DNA of 64,000 bases from an uncultured bacterium (GCA_965601565.1 CBFCWG010000003.1:21935-85934); one strand, 5' to 3'. Shown: positions 8,439 through 17,040, numbered from the stretch's first letter. Numbers and translations are program-made. The notes: a model not told the origin generated them from the sequence alone.

Positions 8439-10028
8439 TCAATTAAGTAAATTCTTCTTCTTGCCTTTATCTTGGTACATTTGTTGATCGGCAAGACTAA
8501 CAAGGTAATCAATAGTAACTTCATTATCATTAATTGCAAATCCTATAGAAACATCTACAAAACAAGTAACATCGTCAAAAATAAACTCTTTCTTTATTTC
8601 ATTTTGAATATTAATCATAATTTTTTTTATATTTTTTTCGTTATCAACATCTTTTAAATAAATCAAAAATTCATCTCCACCTAGCCTTGCAACAATATCT
8701 GTATCACGTAAACATGATGATAATCGATTTGCTGTTTCTATTAGTAGTAAATCCCCGATATTATGACCATAATTATCGTTAACCTTTTTAAATCCGTCTA
8801 AATCCAGATATAATATCGAAAATATATCATTTCTTTCTTTTAAAATATCTAGTTTGGTAAAAATACCTTTTCTATTAATTAAGTTAGTTAAGGAATCATG
8901 CGTAGCAGTGTATTCTAATATTTCTATTCTCTGTTTTAAACTATATGTTAGTTCATCTAATAACTTTGATACCGGAATGATAACAATTGAAAATATAATA
9001 AATATAGTGAAATACATATTCCTTTGTGTAACAACAACATCTGCTGAGTTTAAATTAACACATCCCAAAATAAATATATCTCCGTTATCAGAATATATAC
9101 CAATATCTCGATTGACTAAATCGGTAATAGCATTCTCAATCTCAGAATTACTAATACTTAAATACGTAACCAATGAATCATTAAACTTTTTCTGTAAAAC
9201 TTCTCCATTGGATACAATCGAAAAATCAATATCAATTCCATGCTTATTATATACAGTATTATCCTCTTTGTCATCAAACATAAATCCAAATTCCAAAGAT
9301 TCATCTTGATTATGCAAATAATATCCATCCTGATTAATAACTTCAAAATTTGCATATTCTGATTGGTTTGTATCGTAGTCATGAAATAAATTTACTGAAT
9401 AATAATTTATGATCAACAATCCAATTTTCTCATTCTCACTATTATAAAGTGGTGTCGCAATTCTCAACATTTGCTTTGGAACATCATTTATATACTCAAC
9501 TTCATCATTTTCAACATTTAAATCTATCTTACTTAAATAAATATAATCATCATCTAAAGCAATTGCATTTTCAAAATAATATCGGTTTGACTTATTTTGC
9601 AATTCCTCAGTTTCAACAAAAATTGGAACTCCATCTTCATTATTAATTCTCAATACTTCCATACCATCTAAACCAATAATTCTGATTTGATCATAGTCTT
9701 GATGAGTCTCCATCCAATCATATAGATCATCTTGAAGTTCCATTTCTTTCTCTTCACTTGAAAATACTATTGTTGATTCATCTAGAACAAGCACTTCCTT
9801 ATTTGATATAATATCATCCATTAATAAGATATTAATCCCTAATCGAACAATATGTTCATCAATATTTACAGCATAAGCTTCAATATCCGTAATTACTTTT
9901 TCACTAATACTTCTCTTTAAAGCAGTCCTTTGTGATAAGTAAACAATGATAAAAATTAAAAAGAAGACAGAAAACATGAAAATTAAATACTTCATCCCAT
10001 TCTTTAAACTTCTATATTTTAAAATCAT
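8439..10028 (-). CDS. Cache-type sensor diguanylate cyclase
   Basis: TM-extracytoplasmic domain-TM then GGDEF (ARLGGDEF) with I-site RDTD. Likely start is ATG 10028 after GAGGTGG (ORF track start 10061). Confidence 0.9.
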   Translation of the reverse strand: MILKYRSLKNGMKYLIFMFSVFFLIFIIVYLSQRTALKRSISEKVITDIEAYAVNIDEHIVRLGINILLMDDIISNKEVLVLDESTIVFSSEEKEMELQDDLYDWMETHQDYDQIRIIGLDGMEVLRINNEDGVPIFVETEELQNKSNRYYFENAIALDDDYIYLSKIDLNVENDEVEYINDVPKQMLRIATPLYNSENEKIGLLIINYYSVNLFHDYDTNQSEYANFEVINQDGYYLHNQDESLEFGFMFDDKEDNTVYNKHGIDIDFSIVSNGEVLQKKFNDSLVTYLSISNSEIENAITDLVNRDIGIYSDNGDIFILGCVNLNSADVVVTQRNMYFTIFIIFSIVIIPVSKLLDELTYSLKQRIEILEYTATHDSLTNLINRKGIFTKLDILKERNDIFSILYLDLDGFKKVNDNYGHNIGDLLLIETANRLSSCLRDTDIVARLGGDEFLIYLKDVDNEKNIKKIMINIQNEIKKEFIFDDVTCFVDVSIGFAINDNEVTIDYLVSLADQQMYQDKGKKKNLLN

Positions 10029-10362
10029 ATTTTCCACCTCTTCTATATCCTTTAGTACCATGTTTTTAAGACGATTACTTATATAACAGATAATGTTGAA
10101 TTATTTGAACTTCCATATATACTTTACCATATAGTGTAATAAAGAAATCGGAGTTCCTAAACTGTAACAAGAGAGATAACTAACTCCAATTACCAAAACG
10201 TTATGCAACACCTTTAGGTGATTTTATTAATATAACCTTATCATATTTTATTTGTAAATTCTTATGTAACTGCACATGTAATATCCTGATCAAGTAAATC
10301 ATTTTCTTCTGTCTTATGAAGAAATAAATTTTACATTTATTATACATAATCTATCTTATTCA

Positions 10363-12465
10363 CTAAGTTTTCATGGATTCCTTTTGCATATAATCTAGCA
10401 ACTCATCTGTACTTAACTCTTTAGAAAAGTAGTAGCCTTGAACATAATCTACACCAAATTTTTTACATAAAGTAAATGTTTTTTCATCTTCTACACCTTC
10501 AACTATTATTTTGTATCCCAAATCCTGAACTAACTTCACAATGTTCTTAAATAATGATTTATCACCATTATCTGTTAATAAAGAACTTGATAAATTACTA
10601 CTAATTTTAACAGCGTCGAATTTTAGTTTTGCCAAATAATTCACTGAACTGTATCCTTCACCAAAATCATCAACATAGAACTCAACATTATTTGATCTTA
10701 AAGTTTGAATTTTATCAACAATTGAAGTTAAATCCTGAACTACTTGCGTCTCAGTAACTTCCATTGCCAAAAATCCACCTTCAACTTTTGAAACTTTCAA
10801 CATCTGTAATATATCGTCAACAAAATCTTCATAAGAAAGGCTTATAGCACTAAAATTAACTGAGTAAAAATAATCATTTGACGAAATATTCCTAATTTTT
10901 TTTGCAACTTCAAGTGTGTTGTGCAAAACAAGTTTATCCAATAAATATATTTTGTAGGTCCTCTCAAGTAAAGGTATAAACTCTCCAGGGGAAATATTCC
11001 CATAAACATCATGATTCCATCTTGACAACGCTTCAAATCCATATACTGCAAGTGAGTCTACTTCAATAATTGGTTGATATACCGTCCTAAACTTCTTAGA
11101 TTTTATAGCTTCATCTAATTGCAGTTCAATTGTATTGCTGCGAGTGTATTTTGATAGTAACTCATTACTAAACACCACCCACTTTTTATGTTTTAGACTC
11201 TTTGCACTCAACAAGGCTAAAATACTATACGATAACAACTCATCTACATCTTTACCATTATCAGGATACTTTGATACTCCTATTTTCACACTAACATTTA
11301 TCTTAGTATAGTCTTTTATATAGGGTTTCTCTAATTTCTCAATCAAATTATCCATAAAATTTAACGGTCCTGTTTGATCGCAATTCGCCAATATCAAGAA
11401 GTCATCTTTGATCAACTTAAAAACCTCACAATTATCAGGAATAATTTTCTTAATTCTTTCTGCCATTTCTTTTATAATAAACTCTGCAGTAGGTTCTCCA
11501 TATAATGTTTTGATAGCCTGAAACTGTAATATATCAATATAAACTAGTTTAAACTTCCTAAATGAATCCGTAAATTCTTTAAATGCAATTGGTAAATACG
11601 CTTTACTATATAGCCCTGTTACAGAATCAAAATATGCAATCTTTTCTAATTTTTCCTGACTCTCCACTAACTTATTATAAAGCATCATATTCGGACTAGA
11701 AATGGAGATATCTAGAAAATAAATTAAAAAACTTACAGATGAAATAAACCTAAATATATGACCCATGAAATTAGTAAAATCACTAGTGCCTATATATAGG
11801 GTAAACATAAACTCCGATATGATAAAGAAAAAAATATAAAGAACTAGAAATTGTAATCTTTTATTTTTCATTGACTCCAATCTAAATACTAAGATTAATG
11901 ATAGTATAAGTATCCCAATAATCACGTACTCACTAACAATCTTAAATAGAGTTAACCCCTCACCGTCAACATACATTGTCGGAAACCACCTTGTAAATAA
12001 AGTAAAATACAAAAAAACTATAATAATTAAGAAATAATTACTTATAGTGAAATGCCATTTCGGTTTGGCAACTATTTTTTGTAAAAAGATTGCAGCTAAA
12101 ATTGTAGAAGACTGAACAAAGCGGCCAATAACCCAAAATTGAGTTGATAAATTGGGACCATATGATATAAAATGAGTTCCACCTTCATATGCAAGTATGT
12201 GAACAACATCAATCATTACAATAAAAATAGACGAAATCCCGATTAATGCTATAAAGAACTGACCTTTTGCATATTTCCATATTGTGACTGTAATAATAGT
12301 AACACATATGAAACAGACAACAGAAGCTAATTCTATAATTGAATGGTATAAATAGTAATCATATTTAGCTAATATCGACATTAAAAAATACAGAAGAAAA
12401 ATAAATAGTATCAAAACTCCAGACATTAAAGTGGTCTTTCGATTCTTATACACTTCTTTTAGCAT
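10363..12465 (-). CDS. MASE3-like membrane sensor, degenerate GGDEF, EAL phosphodiesterase
   Basis: About 8 TM helices with the H..IEL / FW.IGR pattern. GGDEF motif degenerate (LIKDDF). FEALSRW and DDFGEGYSS intact. Likely start 12465 (ORF track 12504). Confidence 0.85.
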   Translation of the reverse strand: MLKEVYKNRKTTLMSGVLILFIFLLYFLMSILAKYDYYLYHSIIELASVVCFICVTIITVTIWKYAKGQFFIALIGISSIFIVMIDVVHILAYEGGTHFISYGPNLSTQFWVIGRFVQSSTILAAIFLQKIVAKPKWHFTISNYFLIIIVFLYFTLFTRWFPTMYVDGEGLTLFKIVSEYVIIGILILSLILVFRLESMKNKRLQFLVLYIFFFIISEFMFTLYIGTSDFTNFMGHIFRFISSVSFLIYFLDISISSPNMMLYNKLVESQEKLEKIAYFDSVTGLYSKAYLPIAFKEFTDSFRKFKLVYIDILQFQAIKTLYGEPTAEFIIKEMAERIKKIIPDNCEVFKLIKDDFLILANCDQTGPLNFMDNLIEKLEKPYIKDYTKINVSVKIGVSKYPDNGKDVDELLSYSILALLSAKSLKHKKWVVFSNELLSKYTRSNTIELQLDEAIKSKKFRTVYQPIIEVDSLAVYGFEALSRWNHDVYGNISPGEFIPLLERTYKIYLLDKLVLHNTLEVAKKIRNISSNDYFYSVNFSAISLSYEDFVDDILQMLKVSKVEGGFLAMEVTETQVVQDLTSIVDKIQTLRSNNVEFYVDDFGEGYSSVNYLAKLKFDAVKISSNLSSSLLTDNGDKSLFKNIVKLVQDLGYKIIVEGVEDEKTFTLCKKFGVDYVQGYYFSKELSTDELLDYMQKESMKT

Positions 12466-12652
12466 AAACATATACCCCCTTAAGACCATAATTAAATAAA
12501 TCATTCTTATATATATATATTCTATCAGATAATAGAGTTTAGTTCAATTTTTTAACATGTTTAGAACTATTATGAAAAAATTATATTAAATGTGCTAAAT
12601 TAAAGTTGAAATAGCCGATTCCCTAAATCGCTAAATAAAGCTTCTATATAAT

Positions 12653-12777
12653 AAAAAAGTCTATTTCTGTTATTGAAATAGACTTTTAATTACAACATAT
12701 GTATCGTTATTATTGATTTTATGTCTCAAATATTACTGTATTTATAATGGTACTATCATTGTATTTATGGAGCTGCG
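12653..12777 (-). repeat. Cassette junction J1 (complete att-like site, type-B terminator)
   Basis: Core acaacat at 12692, imperfect palindrome atcgtt-att-attgat, arm repeats at 12737 and 12760. Confidence 0.8.
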
Positions 12778-12783
12778 TTCGCA

Positions 12784-13704
12784 TTAATTTAGTACGTGCA
12801 ACCATAATTTTTCAGATTCCAAAACTAAATCTGATACTATTCTTATAAATTTAGTATAGTCAGTTGTGGTATGAGCTGTATCTAATGCATCATAATACTC
12901 TAAACGATTTTCTTTTTTGATAACTATTGGTGGATATCCATTTCGCATAAGCTCAAAATTCAATAACAACCTTGCAGTTCTCCCATTCCCATCAATAAAT
13001 GGATGGATTTTTACGAATTCCCCATGTAACAATGTTGCTTTCACAATAGGATGGTATTCACTCCAACTAGTTTTCATCTCATATACTAGTCTCTGCATTT
13101 GATCAGGGACTATTATATGACTTGGAGGAATATGTTTTGCACCACTGATTAGTACATTTTCATTACGGTATTTTCCTGCGTTTACATTATCAATATCTTT
13201 TAGTATTAATTGATGAACGCTTTTAACATTCCGTTCTGTCATAGTTTCATTCTTATCTAGTAAAGTTTCAATGAACAATATAGCCTCTTTATGATTAATT
13301 GCTTCTAAATGTTCAATAATACTCTTTCCTCCAATAGTGATTCCTTCTAGAACAACCTTGGTTTCTAACATTGTTAATTTATTCCCCTCAATAGCATTAC
13401 TATTATATGTCCACTCAACAATTAAATTGTCTCTAAGAGTTTTAGCCTGTGTCATCTTCAAAGGTCTATGTGCATCAATTTCTTCTTTCAATGTTGTATG
13501 TTTTGAGAAATCATATTCTAATCCTTGATAATCTATGATAATCTTTCTACGATTATCAACTGGTTTTTTTGCATCAGAAGGAATAGACCAATTTCTACCA
13601 ATTTTTAAAGCACCTTCAATTTTCCCTTCAGTGCATAGAACTCTTATCCTTCTATCTGATAACCCCCATTTCAACCCAGTTTCTTTTGAAGTTATGTATT
13701 TCAT
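12784..13704 (-). CDS. Fic family AMPylase with N-terminal HTH
   Basis: HPFIDGNGRTAR active-site motif, SNAIEGN inhibitory helix, N-terminal HTH (WGLSDRRIRVLC..G.I.GA.K.GRNW.IP). Confidence 0.9.
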   Translation of the reverse strand: MKYITSKETGLKWGLSDRRIRVLCTEGKIEGALKIGRNWSIPSDAKKPVDNRRKIIIDYQGLEYDFSKHTTLKEEIDAHRPLKMTQAKTLRDNLIVEWTYNSNAIEGNKLTMLETKVVLEGITIGGKSIIEHLEAINHKEAILFIETLLDKNETMTERNVKSVHQLILKDIDNVNAGKYRNENVLISGAKHIPPSHIIVPDQMQRLVYEMKTSWSEYHPIVKATLLHGEFVKIHPFIDGNGRTARLLLNFELMRNGYPPIVIKKENRLEYYDALDTAHTTTDYTKFIRIVSDLVLESEKLWLHVLN

Positions 13705-13721
13705 CTAATCACCTCATCTAC

Positions 13722-13739
13722 ATTATATACCGATATCGG
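13722..13739 (-). promoter_or_regulatory. fic promoter -10 box with adjacent palindrome
   Basis: TATAAT (13722-13727, minus strand) and CCGATATCGG (13730-13739). Confidence 0.5.
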
Positions 13740-13777
13740 AATAATAGCAAATATAAGAAGTGAAGAAAATCATTAGC

Positions 13778-13816
13778 AAAAAAAAAGACCTATTTCTAGG
13801 TCTTTATAACAACATA
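13778..13816 (-). terminator. tRNA-Gly terminator, which is also junction J0 of the cassette array
   Basis: Minus strand: TATGTTGT TAT AAAGACCTA GAAA TAGGTCTTT TTTTTT immediately after the tRNA CCA. Confidence 0.85.
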
Positions 13817-13890
13817 TGGAGCAGGTGAAGGGAATCGAACCCTCACAATCAGCTTGGAAGGCTGAGGTTCTACCATTAAACTACACCTGC
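13817..13890 (-). tRNA. tRNA-Gly (TCC)
   Basis: 74 nt GCAGGTGTAGTTTAATGGTAGAACCTCAGCCTTCCAAGCTGATTGTGAGGGTTCGATTCCCTTCACCTGCTCCA; anticodon loop CTTCCAA, T-loop GGTTCGATTCC, encoded CCA. Confidence 0.97.
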
Positions 13891-13905
13891 ATATATATTA
13901 ATAGT

Positions 13906-13935
13906 ATGATATCACAATAGTTTAACTAATGTCAA
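13906..13935 (-). promoter_or_regulatory. Promoter of the tRNA-Gly copy at 13817
   Basis: TTGACA (13930-13935), 18 bp, TG-n-TATCAT (13906-13911). Confidence 0.65.
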
Positions 13936-13996
13936 ACATACTAATTGTTGTTTCAAGTTCATCTTTATAAAAGATTCACTTCACCGACATAAAAAA

Positions 13997-14070
13997 TGGA
14001 GCAGGTGAAGGGAATCGAACCCTCACAATCAGCTTGGAAGGCTGAGGTTCTACCATTAAACTACACCTGC
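13997..14070 (-). tRNA. tRNA-Gly (TCC), identical second copy
   Basis: 74 nt identical to 13817-13890. Confidence 0.97.
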
Positions 14071-14090
14071 ATTTTCAAGTCAGCATAAGT

Positions 14091-14119
14091 ATAATATCAT
14101 AAAGAGAATATCAAGTCAA
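14091..14119 (-). promoter_or_regulatory. Promoter of the tRNA-Gly copy at 13997
   Basis: TTGACT (14114-14119), 17 bp, TG-n-TATTAT (14091-14096). Confidence 0.65.
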
Positions 14120-14137
14120 TACACTTGTATCAATTTT

Positions 14138-15061
14138 TTACAATTTTTTAACTGCACGTAATTTAGCACTGTGGGCTCGGTTATTATGTGCAAGTTCTTC
14201 TTCACTTGGTAAAATTACTTTACGATGAAGTAACTCAAAATCCGGTTTAATATCCGGCATCATTGGCACGTTTTTAGGAATATTGATTGTTGTTTTCTCA
14301 CGCATAATTGTTTTGGCAATTCTATCTTCTAAGGAATGGAATGTAATTACAACAATTCTTCCGTCAGAATTTAATAAATCAAATGCCTGTTCTAAAGAAT
14401 CTTCAAAAACTCTCAACTCATCATTCACAGCTATTCTTAGAGCTTGGAAGGTTTTCTTAGCAGGATGACCTTTTTTATTTAATATCTTTTGTGGTAAAGA
14501 ACTCTTAATTACATCTACTAGTTCAAATGTGTTTTTTATTCTTTTATTTTCCCTTACCTTCTCAATTTTACGAACAATCATTTTCGCATTTTTTTCCTCA
14601 CCATATCTAGTTAAAATACGCATCAGATCATTAAATGAATACTCATTAACAATTATTTCCGCAGTTAATTCCTGATTTTGATTCATTCTCATATCAAGTG
14701 GTGCATCATAATTATAGCTAAAACCTCGTTCAGGAATATCGAATTGGAATGATGAAACTCCTAAGTCATATAATATCCCATCAACCTTATCTATACCTAT
14801 TTCATTTAGTCTATCTTTTATGTTAACAAAATTACTTTTGATAATTGTATAATTCTTGCTCAATTTATCTAATTTCTCAGTGGCTCTACTAATTGCGTAA
14901 TCATCTTGATCAAAAGCATATAAATGTCCAGAATTTAATCTTTTCAGGATTTCAAAAGAATGTCCACCTCCACCTAATGTGCAGTCGACGTAAATTCCAT
15001 CTTCTTTAATATCTAAGTAATCTAAACTTTCATCTAATAGAACTGATATATGTTTATACAT
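14138..15061 (-). CDS. rsmH: 16S rRNA m4C1402 methyltransferase
   Basis: [48 protein letters not shown] motifs. Confidence 0.97.
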   Translation of the reverse strand: MYKHISVLLDESLDYLDIKEDGIYVDCTLGGGGHSFEILKRLNSGHLYAFDQDDYAISRATEKLDKLSKNYTIIKSNFVNIKDRLNEIGIDKVDGILYDLGVSSFQFDIPERGFSYNYDAPLDMRMNQNQELTAEIIVNEYSFNDLMRILTRYGEEKNAKMIVRKIEKVRENKRIKNTFELVDVIKSSLPQKILNKKGHPAKKTFQALRIAVNDELRVFEDSLEQAFDLLNSDGRIVVITFHSLEDRIAKTIMREKTTINIPKNVPMMPDIKPDFELLHRKVILPSEEELAHNNRAHSAKLRAVKKL

Positions 15062-15109
15062 GATGCCACCTCCAGCGTAATAATCTTATCATATATTGAA
15101 AAAATTGTA

Positions 15110-15141
15110 AAAGAAAAACGCTCCATCGAGCGTTTTCTTTT
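15110..15141 (-). terminator. Terminator after rpmF
   Basis: aaagaaaaacgctc-catc-gagcgttttctttt hairpin. Confidence 0.7.
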
Positions 15142-15146
15142 GGAAG

Positions 15147-15341
15147 TTAGTCTTCTACTACTTCTTCTTTTGGTTGTAGAACTACTCTACCATTGTAATG
15201 TCCACATTCTTTACAAACTCTGTGTGATAATTTCATTTCTCCACAATTTGGACAAACTACCATACCAGGTACATTAAGCTTGAAATGAGTACGACGTTTA
15301 CGTTTGGCTGTCTTTGAGGTTCTTCTCTGTGGTACTGCCAT
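15147..15341 (-). CDS. rpmF: 50S ribosomal protein L32
   Basis: [10 protein letters not shown]...CPNC...HRVCKECG. Confidence 0.97.
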   Translation of the reverse strand: MAVPQRRTSKTAKRKRRTHFKLNVPGMVVCPNCGEMKLSHRVCKECGHYNGRVVLQPKEEVVED

Positions 15342-15351
15342 AAGTCATCTC

Positions 15352-15816
15352 CTATTGTTCGTAATTTTTCAGGGAAGCAAATACGTTTGTTGGTTCATCA
15401 TCAGGTTCAAATTCAGTGTTCTCGAAGTCAACATTTTCATAAGCATTTTCACTTACAACACGTAAAGGCTTTTCCAATATTATATTAGACCATATAATCG
15501 GTAATAAGTCAATAGTTATTCCATCAATAATGTTAGAATCATCATTTTTATATGTAGTAAACACTTCTTCAACACTTAAATCCATTTTATACTCAACTTC
15601 TTTTAATGTAATTGCGCATGCCATGGTTAGTGTGCATTTGATGTCCAAGTAAAAGATAAATTCTTCAGCATCAAAAATTTCAAAATCACCTGTAACATTT
15701 ACCGGACTAATTTTGATTATATCAGTGTCTTCAATATATCCTGATAAATCTATTTTCTCATCAATTTGATTATTTGTGTTTTCTAGTTTTATTAATTCAA
15801 AAGTTGTCCATTTCAT
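15352..15816 (-). CDS. yceD: YceD/DUF177 family protein
   Basis: Conserved position upstream of rpmF; C.ITL and TIDLLPII...LEKP motifs. Likely start is ATG 15816. Confidence 0.8.
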   Translation of the reverse strand: MKWTTFELIKLENTNNQIDEKIDLSGYIEDTDIIKISPVNVTGDFEIFDAEEFIFYLDIKCTLTMACAITLKEVEYKMDLSVEEVFTTYKNDDSNIIDGITIDLLPIIWSNIILEKPLRVVSENAYENVDFENTEFEPDDEPTNVFASLKNYEQ

Positions 15817-15897
15817 CTTCTGCACCTCCAAGCGTGAAAATTATACTTTTAATATGTAAAAAAGTCAAATATAAGGTATAATTTAAGTGGTGATATT

Positions 15898-17040
15898 ATG
15901 AAAACAGTTGGAATCATTACTGAATATAACCCATTACACAATGGTCATATTCATCATATTAAAGAAACAAGACGATTAAGTAAATGCGATCGTTTAATTT
16001 GTGTGATGAGTGGTAATTTCACTCAACGTGGTGAACCGGCAATTATCGATAAGTTCACGAGAACTAAATGGGCTTTAAATAATGGTGTTGATTTAGTAAT
16101 AGAACTCCCCTTTGTCTTCACTGTTCAAAATGCTGATATTTTCGCATATACCAGTGTTAGTATCCTTAACCATCTAGGAGTAGATGAAATCTATTTCGGC
16201 AGTGAAACAAACAATATAGAAGAACTAGATAAACTTGGCAACATTATGTTAAGTGAAGAATACAATAAACTTGTAAAAGAGTATTCAAAACAAGGTAATA
16301 GTTATCCTACTAGTAGCGATTTGGCAATGAAAGATTTATATCCTTCAACCGCTTTTGATTTACCTAATAACATTTTAGGTATCCAATATTTACTATCAGG
16401 TAAGAAACTTGTATCTAATATAGTCTTCAAAACAATCGCTAGACTTAAAACAAATTATTTTGACGAAGAAGTTAAGGAATCAAACATTCAGAGTGCAACT
16501 ACTATTAGAAAACTTGTAAAAGAGAATAAAGATATTAGTAACTATGTCCCTACCGATGTTAATGATACACTTCGATCTAGGAAACTAATCAGTTACGAGG
16601 ATTACCTTCCAACACTTAAATATATCCTTAGAAGTTCTACCAAAGATGATTTAAAAGATATATTTAATATTAATGAAGGATTAGAAAACAGAATCTTAAA
16701 GCAAAAAGACTTTGATTCAACTCAGGAATTAATCAATAAACTTTTAACAAGAAGATACACAAATTCAAAAATCAAAAGATCTTTAGCACACATCTTATGC
16801 AATACTAAAAAATCACTAATTAAATCATTTGATATCCCCTATTTAAGAATCTTGGGTATGAACAAGATTGGACAAGCTTACTTAAGTGAAATCAAACATG
16901 ATTTAAAGGTTCCATTAATCGCCAAAGTTAGCGAAGGAATCCATCCGTATTTAGATGCAGAAATTAGAGCTTCCAAAGTTTACAGTTTAGTAAGTGATAA
17001 GGACGTTTTTAAAGAAGAATTTAAGCAGCCAATATTTTAG
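15898..17040 (+). CDS. tmcAL: tRNA(Met) cytidine acetate ligase (YlbM family)
   Basis: GIITEYNPLHNGH, MSGNFTQRGEP, PNNILG, SATTIR; divergent from yceD as in Bacilli. Confidence 0.88.
   Translation: MKTVGIITEYNPLHNGHIHHIKETRRLSKCDRLICVMSGNFTQRGEPAIIDKFTRTKWALNNGVDLVIELPFVFTVQNADIFAYTSVSILNHLGVDEIYFGSETNNIEELDKLGNIMLSEEYNKLVKEYSKQGNSYPTSSDLAMKDLYPSTAFDLPNNILGIQYLLSGKKLVSNIVFKTIARLKTNYFDEEVKESNIQSATTIRKLVKENKDISNYVPTDVNDTLRSRKLISYEDYLPTLKYILRSSTKDDLKDIFNINEGLENRILKQKDFDSTQELINKLLTRRYTNSKIKRSLAHILCNTKKSLIKSFDIPYLRILGMNKIGQAYLSEIKHDLKVPLIAKVSEGIHPYLDAEIRASKVYSLVSDKDVFKEEFKQPIF

Larger units (their letters stand above)
8099..12691 (-). mobile_element. Putative gene cassette C2 (GGDEF and EAL proteins), 4593 bp
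   Basis: Bounded by junctions J2 and J1. Confidence 0.65.
12692..13808 (-). mobile_element. Putative gene cassette C1 (Fic), 1117 bp
   Basis: Bounded by junction J1 and the tRNA-proximal junction J0. Confidence 0.65.

Noticed and set aside
2503-13816. Reading the junction repeats as a CRISPR array or as canonical integron attC sites
   Set aside because: Units are kilobases apart and contain whole genes, and there are no cas genes. The repeats do not fold as RYYYAAC...GTTRRRY attC hairpins, and there is no intI.
13961-13975. atctttataaaagat between the two tRNAs, sharing tctttataa with the type-A junction
   Set aside because: A nine-base AT-rich match with no core; insufficient
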